Source of the DNA: Malacoraja senta
Taxonomy: Eukaryota
Length of the DNA stretch: 64,000 bases
NCBI GenBank assembly: GCA_038087875.1
Contig: CM075992.1
Span: forward strand, 4,032,001 to 4,096,000
Reading direction: 5' to 3'
The translations under genes and the position numbers were made by a program. Below, piece after piece: positions 1 to 12,066 of the stretch. A model generated the notes under the pieces. The model was not told the DNA's origin and searched no databases. It saw nothing but the letters and a program-made list of their open reading frames with translations. The stretch's first letter is position 1; every line of letters starts with the position of its first letter.

Positions 1-721
1 TCGGGTGGACGTTCCAGGACGTTCTCGTGGGAATGTGGGCTTTATGTTATGATTGGAAGAAGCACAATGGGGAGGGATGAGGGTGTGACAATGATACCCA
101 TGAAATGTATAAAGATAGAAGACATCCCGATCCTCGGTGTGCCTCTAGGGGACATTAGAGGAGAGGCACCTATTCTGCAGAATATGATTTAAATAAGAAG
201 CTTCTTTGCCGACTTTGTCTCTAAAAGCGTTTGTGATTTTGAATCTCACAGAGGGGAATGAGGAAGTGGGAAGATAGAGTGAATGGGTGGTCGACGGTCA
301 GTGTGGGCCGAAGGGCCTGTTTCCACGCTGTATCTTTAGATCAAAAAGTGAAAAGAAGGAGGATGCCGAATATAGTTACAGCCACAACATCACTCGTTAA
401 ATTCTGCATAATCCTATGCTCACCATAGTTTGCAGAAATGCAGCAATATTTACACATCCAAATCACCCCAGCTGCTTCCCTGAAAGATATTCAGACAAAA
501 TAAGTTGGCAGGCAACCTTCCAGCTCACTGAGATGATGGATGTCCACCTTTCAAGCTTTGTTGAATAAACCAATTCTGAAAAGAAACGGAGTCTATCCAA
601 GTGTGCCTCAATTGAGATTGTCAAAGCAAGTTAACGCTGAGTTGAAGCACATGTGATGAAAAGCTCAGTCTTTGTGCCTAGGGTTCTAGAAGGTAGGGTG
701 TCAAGAGGTTTAAAAGTGAAC

Positions 722-1026
722 GGGACAGTGGCGCAGCGGTAGAGTTGCTGCCGTACAGCATTTACAGAGCTAGAGACCCAGGTTCGATCCCGACTACGGG
801 CGCTGTCTGTACAGAGTTTGTACGTTCTCCCCGTGACCTGCATTGGTTCACTCCGAGATCTTTAGTTTCCTCCCACACTCCAAAGACGTACAGGTTTGTG
901 AAATTAGCTTGATATGAATGCAAAAATGGTCCCTAGTGTTTTGGTGTGCGGGGATCGCAGGTTGGCGCGGACTCGGTGGGTCGGAGGGCCTGTTTCCGCA
1001 CTGTATCTCTAAAATAAACTAAAACT
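722..1026 (+). mobile_element. HE1-like V-SINE (tRNA head, V-domain, CR1/HER1-type tail)
   Basis: A box GTGGCGCAGCGG, B box GGTTCGATCCC, V-domain GAGTTTGTACGTTCTCCCCGTG...TTCCTCCCACACTCCAAAGAC, tail GGGCCTGTTTCCGC..TGTATCTCTAAA. Confidence 0.85.
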
Positions 1027-1195
1027 AGGTGTTAGAGTTTAGAGATGGGGGCGTGGAAACAGGCCCTTCGGCCCATTGAGTCTGTGCACACCATCGATCG
1101 CCCATAGATGTTACCTGACTCCTTGAGTTCCGGCAGCTCTTTCTGTTTTGCTCAGGATGTTAGCACCCTTGATTTAGCCATGATGGTAGTTAGGA

Positions 1196-1590
1196 TGCAC
1201 TGGGGCAGATGGGGCTCGTCAGCCTGGGAAGGCAGCCCATCTAGGAGAGGGAAAACTCTGATTTAAAACCCCCACTGCCTTGTGGCCATATCCAGTCATG
1301 GAAAAGGCTCCAGGAGTAAACCTGGAGAACATCTGGAGTCGGAGCCACTAAGGCAGTTCGTCGTTGTCTACAACCTCGCTCCGGCAGCTCGTGCGACAGC
1401 GCTGGTGCCAAACTGTAACGGCCCTGCTGTTCCTTTGGATCGATCAGTGACGTGGAGAGGGGGGGACGTGCTGCATGGGCAACAGCCTGTCCTCCATATG
1501 ACATCGATCGCCCAGGTTTGCATCCGACCACACATCACCTGCAAACTAGGATGTATCACCCATGGTCAGTCATGACCGAATGGGGCCTAC
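1196..1590 (+). mobile_element. Short non-autonomous RTE-type retroelement
   Basis: 9-bp TSD TAGTTAGGA (1187-1195 and 1591-1599). The 5' motif GGGCTCGTCAGCC...CTAGGAGAGGGAAAACTCTGATTTAAAACC resembles RTE 5' UTRs. No coding ORF. Confidence 0.6.
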
Positions 1591-2635
1591 TAGTTAGGAC
1601 AGATATGATCGTGGCATTTCAGGGGCTTTTGGACAGGCACGTGGATATACAGGGAATGGAGGGATATAGGCTATGCACAGGTTTATAAGAGATAGTCTTG
1701 GCATCATTTTCGGTACAGACATTGTGGCTGAAGGGCCTGTTCTTGTGCTGTGTATAAGTTCACCCTGAGCCTACAAGGTGCAGGAAGGATGCAACGACTG
1801 CAACTAAATTCATGCAGTTACACCGTGGGATGCAGTTGGGACCTTATTCATTGAGCGGAAGATCTTGTGAACTAGATAGATCGCAGTGGATGAAAAGAGG
1901 ACATTTCTCCGGCGAGGAAATAGTTCAGAATAAAAGATCAGGCTGAGACAAGGAAAGATTTCCTATCGGAGCGGGCCGAGGGTCTTTAGAATTCTCCACG
2001 CGGGAGAGTTGTGCAGTGCAAATCATCCAAGAGAGAGATGGATCAATGTATGGACTCGAGGGGGATCAAGGGTTATGCAAGTGGGCGGCAGAATGGAGTT
2101 GAAAGCAGCACATAGACCAAGACTTGACTTAAAGATGGAGCCTGATCCCACGGCTGTTTCTAACACGGTTTTATATCTTCCACAAGCAGCAGAAGGCTCT
2201 CGTAAAAACAAATTTAAACATGACACCAGTACATAAGTGAAATAAAGAACAGTACAGTATATGGTGGACTGTGACGAGGTGGCTGTGATACAGCAGAGTC
2301 TTGCACTATCTTCACCCACTGCTGATCCAATAGCTTCTCCCATCCAGTTCTAATAACTCACTTTGGGCAGAAGCATTTCTTAGATTAAAAATCATTCCTT
2401 GCACCAAGTTCAATTTCTTGCTTAATAGATGGCAAACCCACACCTTCACGTTTGCCCATTGACTTTTAGTGCAGTTTAATAACTTGCCTTTGATTTCCAC
2501 AGTACCCACTAGTTGCTACTCTCTCTCTTTAAAAAAAAGAATTGTTTTTAAACTTTTCAAAAACTTTATTCGACACACTCAATGATACAACACATCAATA
2601 CATAATCAAAAGATACATTAGATCAAAACAAATCA

Positions 2636-5600
2636 TTATAGTACAACAGTACATTCATTAGTTATTATACTCTCCACCCCACGTGGTGACCATCGCCCAC
2701 GGAAGGCCTCCAGAGACCCCGTGGACACCGCATATTCCCGCTCCAGGGACACCCGTGCATGGACGTACGCCCGGAAGAGGGGCAGGCAGCCAACTCTCGC
2801 CTCACCATCGACCACCCGCTGCCTGGACCCACAAATGGCCATCTTAACCAGGCCCAGGAGCAAACCGACAGGGAGGTCCCACCACCCCCCCCCCCACTTG
2901 GCTCTCCCCACACCCTACCTTATGCCCACACACTAGAATCGTGGGACTAAAATGCAACCAGAACTTAAGGAACAACCCCTTCAGATATTGGTACAGGGGC
3001 AGTAACCTCTCACACTCCATGTACACGTGGAACACGGTCTCTTCCTCGCCACAGAAAATACACGCGGCGGACGAGCCCGTGAACCGACTCAAAGGTTTAT
3101 TACAAACCACCGCTCCATGCAACAGTCTCCACCCCAGGTCCCCAATGTAAAGGGGACAACTCCCGTATAGAAGGACCCCCACCAGGGACCCCCCCCCCCC
3201 GCCGTCAGGTGGTAACACCATCCGCCAAGGTGTGTCAGCACGGGAAACAAAGGCAAGGAGGTGCAGAATGTGCAGGAACATCCGATACAGTGTGCGTCTC
3301 TTCGCATCACGAAACGGTATGCTGATCATCTCAGAAAGGCGGCTCAGGTTGTGTGGAGCCGGTGCCCGAGATATATCCCGGAGCCTAGGCCCGATGAGCA
3401 GATCTGACGGAGCAATTGAAAGCTCAGCCAGTACCACTCTAGGCGCTCGCCTCTCCTCGACACCCGCCATGACTGGGCGAGGACCGGCCACTCCCGCAGC
3501 CGCACCATCCCCCTCCCCTCGTAGAGCAACACGCTGGCTGAAAACAACCAAATTCCTCACTCTGAGCACATCCCGGTAGAAAACAGGCAAACCCCTTAGG
3601 GCGGGTCGACTGATGCCCGCCACCGGGAGCCGCGAGACCCCCCCTAGGCAACGACCACGACGAAAAAAATATGTGGCCAGAGCGTGCCATGTGGGGGGAT
3701 TCTCTACATACATATACCTCCACAGAGTCCTGAGACGGAGAGCCGCCACCTGGGTACGCACGCATACCAAGGACTGGCCGCCCTCCTCTAACGGGAGACT
3801 CAGGACCGCTGCAGAGACCCAGTGCTTCCTATTTCCCCAGAAGAAATCTACCAGCTTCTTCTGAAGAGCATTTACAAATATGGAAGGTGGGACAAGAGTA
3901 GCCAGCCGGTACCATAACATAGAGGCCACCAGCTGATTTATGACCATCACCCTCCCCGAAAAGAAAGAACTCCAAGCAAGCCCGACCAGCGCCCCAGCCG
4001 GGCAACCACCTTCGTCTCCAACTCCTGCCAGTTCGCCGGCCAAGCATCCTCAGTGGGACTCAGGTAAACTCCCAGATAGAGGGGATGTGTGGTGCTCCAC
4101 ACATACCTTGCCATCTCCTCCGGCAGGGAATCCACCTGCCACTGACCCACTAAAAGACCAGAACACTTACTCCAGTTAATCCTGGCAGAAGATGCAGCTG
4201 AGAAAATCTCCTGGCAGTCACGCATCCTCCGCAGGTCACCAGGATCAGTGAACATAAGGAGGACATCATCTGCATACGCTGAGAGAACCACCTCCAACCC
4301 CGGCCCAGGTAGGGCCAGGCCTGTGAACCTCCTCCGAAGAAGACACAGGAACGGCTCCACACAGACCGAGTACAACTGACCCGACATGGGGCACCCCTGC
4401 TGGACCCCCCTCCCAAAATGAAAGGGAGCCAACAACGCACCATTAACCTTCACCAGGCACTCCGCTGCAGCGCACAGAAGCTGGACCCGGGCCACAAAAT
4501 GCGGTCCAAGTCCAAACGCTTGCAACGTTCCGAATAGGTAATCATGCTCTACCCTATCAAAAGCCTTCTCCTGATCAAGAGACAGAAAAGCAGCTGACTG
4601 ACCAGTACCCTGAGCTAGATGAATCAGGTCCCTAACCAGGTGGATGTTATCCTGAATGGACCTGCCAGGGACTGTATAGGACTGGTCAGGATGAATCATT
4701 TGAGAAAGCACAGGACCCAGGCGATTTGCCATCGCCCGTGCAAATACTTTATACTCTGTACATAGGAGAGATACCGGCCTCCAGTTCTTCAACAAGCGGA
4801 GTTCGCCCTTCTTGGGCAGCAAGACAACAACTGCCCTACGCCACGAGAGGGGCATCGCCCCGGCCGCCAGACTCTCCCCCAGCACCAACATGTAATCACC
4901 CCCCAGGATATCCCAGAAAGCTCTGACAAACTCTACCGTCAACCCATCCATCCCGGGTGACTTACCCTTCCTGAGCTGAAACAATGCACAAGTCAACTCC
5001 TCCAAAGATAAGGGGCCATCAAGAAGATCGGCCACCTCCCTATCAACAGTCGGTAGACCCTCCCACAAGTCCTGCTGAGCCTCCCCGTTATATCCCCCTG
5101 CGGAGAACAGGGACCCATAAAAGGACCTGACCTCCTCACTGATCCTCTCCGGATCAGTGACAGAGGAGCCATCATCTGCGAGCAGCTCTACGAGCTGTTT
5201 GCAGGCTCCCCTCCCTTTCTCCAGAGAGAAAAAGAAAGGCGAAGCTCGGTCCAGATCTTGCATCATCTGGACCCGCGCCCTCACGAAAGCGCCTCGGGAC
5301 CGCTCAAGCAGCAGGTTCCTCAAGGCTTCCTTCTTCTCCTGAAACTCTCCCCATTCACAGGAGTCCTCACCATCCCGACCCAGGCGAGACTCTGCACCCA
5401 GTAGCTCCCTCTCAAGCCTCGCGACCGCTGAGTCCCTCCGTCCGGTCGACCCCCTCGTATACTCCTTACAAAAGAGACGAATGTGAGCCTTCCCCACATC
5501 CCACCACAGCCTAAGGGAAGAGAAGCACCTCCGCCCCTCTCTCCATTTCCCCCAAAACCGACTGAATGACTCCCGGAAACACCGATCCTCCAGCAACTGG

Positions 5601-6355
5601 TTGTTAAAGTGCCAGTACGCGGACGCAGCCCTAGTGCGCGCCGGATTGAAGTCCACACGCACCAGACATTGATCCGAACATGGCACCACCCGCATTGAGG
5701 CCGCTGAGACACGGGCAACAAACGCTCGGGAAATATATATTCTGTCAATACGGGAACCACCACCCTCAGACCTCCGCGAAAAAGCAGTGGAATCCGGGTG
5801 GAGGTTCCGCCATGCATCAACCAACTCAAAGGATTCAATCATCCCTCTCAACTTCTTCGCTACAGCAGGGGCACACTGAGTACCAGAACGATCTCGCGCC
5901 TCAAGTGTGCAATTAAAGTCCCCACCAAGGAAAACACACTCTCCCCTATCAATAGTGCTCAACAGATCAGTCACCTCCTGAATTAGGCCAGCCTGCTAGG
6001 GGCATACACGGAGCTAGTGGCACACACGTTAATGAAATGCAACGGCATGCCATCCATGCTCACTGCCAGATGGAGTAACCGTCCTGGCACAACTTCGTTC
6101 ACTTTTAAAATAGTTGGCAGGAAATTCTGGGCCAACAGAAAGGCCACCCCACTCGAATTCGAGCTGAGATGGCTCATGTAAACCCCCCCTTCCCACTCCA
6201 GTCTCCAGGTAGGTTCATCACTAACAACTGTGTGCGTCTCCTGCAAAAAACACACTGCAAATCTCCCCTCTTTAAGGACTGATAAAAGCTGAAATCTACG
6301 AAAACTCGCTCTACTCCCGTTTAAGTTTAATGTTGCAACGGTGAATGTAAAGGCA
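2636..6355 (-). pseudogene. Tx1 ORF2 (APE endonuclease - reverse transcriptase - zinc finger), disrupted
   Basis: EN motifs ATLNLNG, FLQETH, GGDFN, SRIDRIY and SD. RT motifs KSPGMDG, WRPVSLL, LDQEKAFDRV, QGCPMS and YADD. C-terminal CIFCGEEETVFHVYMEC. Split across ORFs 5983-6255, 3947-5974, 2844-4043 and 2636-2911. Confidence 0.9.
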
Positions 6356-6362
6356 CACTAGA

Positions 6363-8759
6363 TTAAACCCCCACACTCCCCGTAGACACAACAACTTTCT
6401 GTCTGAGGAACACCAGAAAGTCCCCAAACTGGCTCTCCTCGAAGTCAGGAAGATCACTCTCCCTGTTGCCAAGAATAGCCTCGAGAGTCTGAATCAAACC
6501 TGGCAGATCACCCCACCGCCTTTTAGCAGCCTCCATTCTTGTTCTGCGGAAGCGGTTTATTTTGAGAAATTCTCGAACCGCCTGTATATCACATACAAGA
6601 GACTCGGCCTTGGAGCCTGGGCACTCGGCCAACGCACTCACACCTGCACCAACAGGCTCCACACCACACCGTTCAAGGTCTCTTTCAGAATTTGAACGAC
6701 CAGAGCCCTCCGGCAGCTCTTCACCCCCACTACACAAACTTTCCTGAGCACTCTCCCCCTCCTCCAGCAAGACACCACCCCCAGGATCAATGCCGGGTAA
6801 GGGTCCCGAAACCCCCGACTGCAACAGGCAGCCCCCTGACTGGCTTTGCACCTGCACGCTACCATCACCCTCCACGCCTGGGCCTGGGGAACCAAAAACA
6901 CTAGGCACCCCCAGGGCCTGGGATACACTGGCACCCCCGGAAACTAAAGGGAAATCACCACCCGAACTATCCCCGACCTCCACAGCACCTATAGCATCCC
7001 CTCCACTGGCACCACCCAGAGGCTCTCCTCTTTCTTTTAGCCTCCCCCTTCCAACTCATCCAGCGATGCAGCACACCCCCTATTACCACCACTGGCTCTG
7101 ATATGGAGCATAGACTGGAACACCACAGCCCCCGAACCACCCCCCTCGGGCTGACTCTGCTCATCCCCCATCTCAGGGGCTCCACTACCAGGTGCGCATA
7201 ACCCATCCTCTGGCGTACCATCACCCTCAAGAGGCCTCTGAAACGAGGGGACCTCCTCCGACCCAGAGGACACACACCCAGGGGAGCTAACCTCAACCCC
7301 CGATGAGATAACTCCATCGGAGGGCCCCTGAAATGAAAGGACATCCACCCGCCCAGAGGACACAACTCCAGCGGAATCAACCCCATCACCTGATCCTATA
7401 ATCCCCTCGGAGGATCCCTGAAATGGATGCTCACCCTCCAACCCGGAAAACACCAGTTCTTGACCACCAACCCCATCAGTGGTGGAAGGTCTAGAAAAAG
7501 TCGTCCCCCTAACTTTCGCCTCACGCCCTTCCTCTTCCTCGCCAGGCCTATTCCTTTTTACCCCACTAGCATGCGGCGGTACGGTGACCTCCATACAGGA
7601 AGGGTCTTCCTCCTCCACACTACCCCCAGCCACTTCACCACCCGCACACTTTACCATCCCTTCCCCCATCTGAGCGCCCTCATCTCCTTGCTGGGCCACG
7701 GCAAGCACACTCTGGACCTCACTAGAGCTGACAGGCACCCCTAGGGTGGTCTCAGATTTCGATAGACTCTCTGGATGGACCTTACTCTCCCTCCTCCTCC
7801 CCGTCTTCTGCACCTCCCACTTCCCCTCCCGGTCTTCTTCCTCCCCCTCTTCACCCTCGCCCTGCACCTCACCATTAGCCACCACCACCTCCACAGTCTC
7901 AGGACGCAGGAGGCGGAGGCCTTCCCCGCCCCGGGTCCCCAAGGCAGAACTTTCAGACCCAGATGGGCTATCACCTTCGCCCCGGATCCCCGAGGTAGAG
8001 CTAGCCGCCCCAGCCCGGTCAGCATTGCCGCCCCGCACCACCGAGGCATGATGAGCCACCCCGGATGGGCCAGCAGTGCAATCCTGGGCCGCTACGCTAG
8101 AACTTCTAGCAGCGACCCCGCGAGAAAGACACTCTTTACGGAGATGTCCAAATGCTCCACACGTATGACACCGTGCTTTCCCCCAACTCCAATACACGGT
8201 TCTACGGAGACCCTTACACTCCACCTCAAAGCTCCCCTCCGTGCCTTCGCCCTCACCCACCTTCATAAACACCCTCCTCTTAAAACTAAAGATCCCTCTT
8301 TCCTCCGGGTCCCCCCCGAGGTGCCTGAGCCTAAAGCACTTAGACCTCACCTCCCCAACCTTAGACAGGTGTGGAATAAGTGCAACATCCGGAATATATG
8401 TGGGGCAACTCCGCAGGAGAACCGGTCTCACCCTAGATAACCATGGATCCACCTGAAATTGGACCCCCCCCCACTGAGATCCCCCTCTCCAATGCCATTT
8501 CCACACCCTCCTGGGTCTTTAAAATCATCTCCACCTTTCCTCTTTCAAGCTCGGAAGAGACAACAGCCCGCCCCCCAATAAGGTAATTCACGGCCTTTGT
8601 AATTACTCCCCTTGATATCTGGGGCCCAGTTTGGACCGAGATACCAAACTTGCCCCAATCCAAGTCCACATAAGGCTCATATTCTGATGTCCTCGCATCC
8701 GCCTCTGATGCCGCCACTGCGTAGCTCCGGTCCTTCCGCCGCGCCCCAGCCATCGCCAT
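6363..8759 (-). pseudogene. Tx1 ORF1 (gag-like), frameshifted into three pieces (8433-8759, 7037-8506, 6363-6983)
   Basis: N-terminal SYAVAA motif, CHTCGAFGHLRKEC CCHC knuckle and a long acidic G/S/E-rich tail. One frameshift lies near the C-run at about 8464-8472. Confidence 0.8.
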
Positions 8760-9102
8760 CCTGACAGAGGCACAACCAGCTCCAGTCGCCCCAGCAGCTC
8801 AGCTCCACGTTAAGTCCCGCAAGCAGTCACAGTCAAGCAGGTAGCAGAAATCAGAAGCCTCCAGCTGAAGCAAGAAAATCCCCAAACACGTCCACAGCCG
8901 AGAGCAGCTTTTGGGAAGCTCTATCCCAGTCTTGCCGGACTCAAAAGTACCATCTTCACATTAAGCCCGGCATCCGCCTGAGCAAAATGCCTTTAGGACA
9001 GAGAAACGGTGCTAATAAAACGACAAAACACCGATCCCTCGATCTCCAGGCACTGTTGGCAGACCGCCAACGACAACCACACCCTCCGACAATGCGAGAA
9101 AA

Positions 9103-9302
9103 NNNNNNNNNNNNNNNNNNNNNNNNNNNNNNNNNNNNNNNNNNNNNNNNNNNNNNNNNNNNNNNNNNNNNNNNNNNNNNNNNNNNNNNNNNNNNNNNNN
9201 NNNNNNNNNNNNNNNNNNNNNNNNNNNNNNNNNNNNNNNNNNNNNNNNNNNNNNNNNNNNNNNNNNNNNNNNNNNNNNNNNNNNNNNNNNNNNNNNNNNN
9301 NN
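9103..9302. other. Assembly gap (200 N)
   Basis: Run of N. Confidence 1.
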
Positions 9303-9362
9303 ACACCAGCACATCCTTCTTCAGATATGGGGCCCAAAACTGCATACATCGCCCCAAACATG

Positions 9363-9541
9363 TAGGAAGGAACTGCAGATGCTGGTTTCAACTGAAGATG
9401 GACACAAAAAGCTGGAGTAACTCAGCGGGACAGGCAGCATCAAAGGTCTGAAGAAGGGTCTCGACCCGAGGGGCCACCCATTCCTTCTCTCCAGAGATGC
9501 TGCCTGTCCCGCTGAGTTACTCCAGCATTTTGTGTCATGCT
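9363..9541. mobile_element. Penelope-derived mini-element, inverted pair
   Basis: Two arms in opposite orientation, flanked by CCAAACATG (9354-9362 and 9542-9550) inside a CR1 fragment. Confidence 0.7.
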
Positions 9542-9959
9542 CCAAACATGGTCTTATAAAGCCTCAGCATTACATCCCTGTTTTCATATTCTAGTCCTCT
9601 CGATATAAATGCTAGTGCTTTGTTTTGATTTTTCGACACCGTGACATTTGGCACTGCGGATAGCTTTCAGCTCTTGGAGACACCACCCCTCGATATCCAG
9701 TTACCACGACAAAAAGCTTTCTGGCCTAGGCTGTGTGAAAGGCCTGAGCCTGGGGCATTAGATAAAGTTATTCTCAGCACAGTGAGTGGATCAAAATGAC
9801 ACACACTATTAGGATCAGCATGTTGCAATATGAGTGGAAGCATGAATTTAATATTAACTAGGCAAAGAAAAAAAATGTTATACAAGGAAAATACACAATA
9901 GGTGCAGGAGTAGGCCATTTGGCCCTTCGAGCCAGCACCACAAGGACCATGAAGCAATT

Positions 9960-10282
9960 TCCACCTGGAAAACATGAGGTAGCCAGAGTGAGTCCCACCG
10001 TTAGTTGGAGGAGCAACACCTCATATTTCACTTGGGCAGTTTACACCCCAGCGGTATGAACATTGACTTCTCCAATTTCAGTTAGTCCTTGCTTTCGCCC
10101 ACCTTCCCCTCCCCTTCCCAGCTCTCCCACAGCCCACTGTCTCCGCCTCTTCCTTTCTCCTTCTTGCCCCCCCACCCCCACATCAGTCTAAAGAAGGGTC
10201 TCGACCCGAAACGTCGCCTATTCCTTCGCTCCATAGATGCTGCCTCAAACCGCTGAGTTTCTCCTGCATTTTTGTGTACCTT
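9960..10282 (+). mobile_element. Penelope-like element 3' fragment (end of GIY-YIG ORF, UTR and hammerhead-bearing terminus)
   Basis: Encodes EEQHLIF.LGSLHPSGMNIDF, followed by the hammerhead-type CTAAAGAAGGGTCTCGACCCGAAACGTC segment. Confidence 0.75.
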
Positions 10283-10616
10283 CCACCTGGAAAAGGATGG
10301 TGAAATGTATCCAGAGGTGTTTGCACCAAATAGATTCATGGAGTCATTGAGTTACAGAGCATGGAAACAGGCCCGCCAACCATTCCCTCTCCCCAGAGAT
10401 GCTGCCTGTCCTGCTGAGTTACTCCAGCATTTTGTGTCTATCTTCGGTATAAACCAGCATCTGCAGTTCCTTCCTACACGGTACATGGATAGGACAGGTT
10501 TAGAGTGACATACATTCATTTATTCATTCATGTGGGCCAAATGCAGGCAGGTGGGACTAGTGTGGATGGGGCATGTTGGGCCGAAGGCCTGTTTCCGCTC
10601 TGTATCACTTTTTTTT

Positions 10617-10906
10617 GGTTTAGTTTGGAGATACAGTGTGGAAACATCGCCGACCAGCGATCCCCACATATTAACACTATCCTACACCCACTAGGGACAA
10701 TTTTTATATTTACCAAGCCAACTAACCTACAAACCTGTACGTCTTTGGAGTGTGGGAGGAAACCGAAGATCTCGGAGAACACCCACGCAGGTCACGGGGG
10801 AGAACGTACAAACTCCGTACAGACAGCACCCGTAGTCGGGATCGAACCCGGGTCTCCTGCGCTGCATTCGCTGTAAGGCAGTAACTCTACCGCTGTGCCA
10901 CCGTGA
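10617..10906 (-). mobile_element. HE1-like V-SINE
   Basis: Reverse complement of tRNA head, V-domain and tail. Confidence 0.85.
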
Positions 10907-11755
10907 CCGACCTATGACTCTATAACAGTGGTTTAAGAAGACAGCTCACAAACATCCTGAGTCCAGGTCCATTATATATGAGCAATAAAAACCGGATGCA
11001 TCTTCACATCCCAAACAAAAAGAGTTGCCAATGTTGCAGCAATGAGTGTGATGCAAGAGGATGCAGGGGGAGCAGAGAATCAATGGGTCGGTGGAGTGTG
11101 GCCAAGACTGAGAGCCGGGGGTGGGCGGGAGAGCACTGTTTACGCAATGCAATTACGCTGAAGAAGATAAAAATAATTGCTCTCCCTCAGTGAATTGAAA
11201 CAAAACGCTCACGCCTCTGTACAATGGGAGATCTCTGTTTCAAACCACATCCAGTTATCTGCTAATGTGCTTTAAAATAGATGGGATTGCTACAGAACTC
11301 TCCCTGCATGTTTTATTGTCTGGGCGTGGGGAGACTGGTCGCAATTTCCCATCCCAGTCCGTCTCCCAGTCACTGTGCAAACATAGATAATAGGCGCAGG
11401 AGTAGGCCATTCGGCCCTTCGACCCAGCACCGCCATGCAATATGATCATTGCTGATCATCCAGAATCAGTACCCCGTTCCTGCTTTCTCCCCATATCCCT
11501 TGATTCCGTTAGCCCCAAGAGCTAAATCTAACTCTGAAAATCCAGTGAACGGGCCTCCACTGCCTTCTGTGGCAGAGAATTCCACAAATTCACAACTCTT
11601 TGGGTGAAAACGTTTTACCCATTCCTTTTCTCCAAAGATGCTGCGTGTTCCGCTGAGTTACTCCAGTATTTTGTGTCTATCTTCGACAAACCAGCATCTG
11701 CAGTTCTTTCCTATATATATATATATAGGAAAGAACTGCAGATGCTGGTTTAAGT

Positions 11756-12066
<311 letters not shown>

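Larger units (their letters stand above)
2545..9102 (-). mobile_element. Near full-length Tx1-clade (L1 group) non-LTR retrotransposon
   Basis: ORF1 with a zinc knuckle, then ORF2 with APE endonuclease, RT and C-terminal zinc finger. AATAAA near 2565-2570 (minus) and an A-rich tail. The putative 5' UTR runs into the N gap. Confidence 0.9.

Noticed and set aside
8956..9451. ORFs spanning N runs (also 54231-54720)
   Set aside because: Artefacts of assembly gaps.
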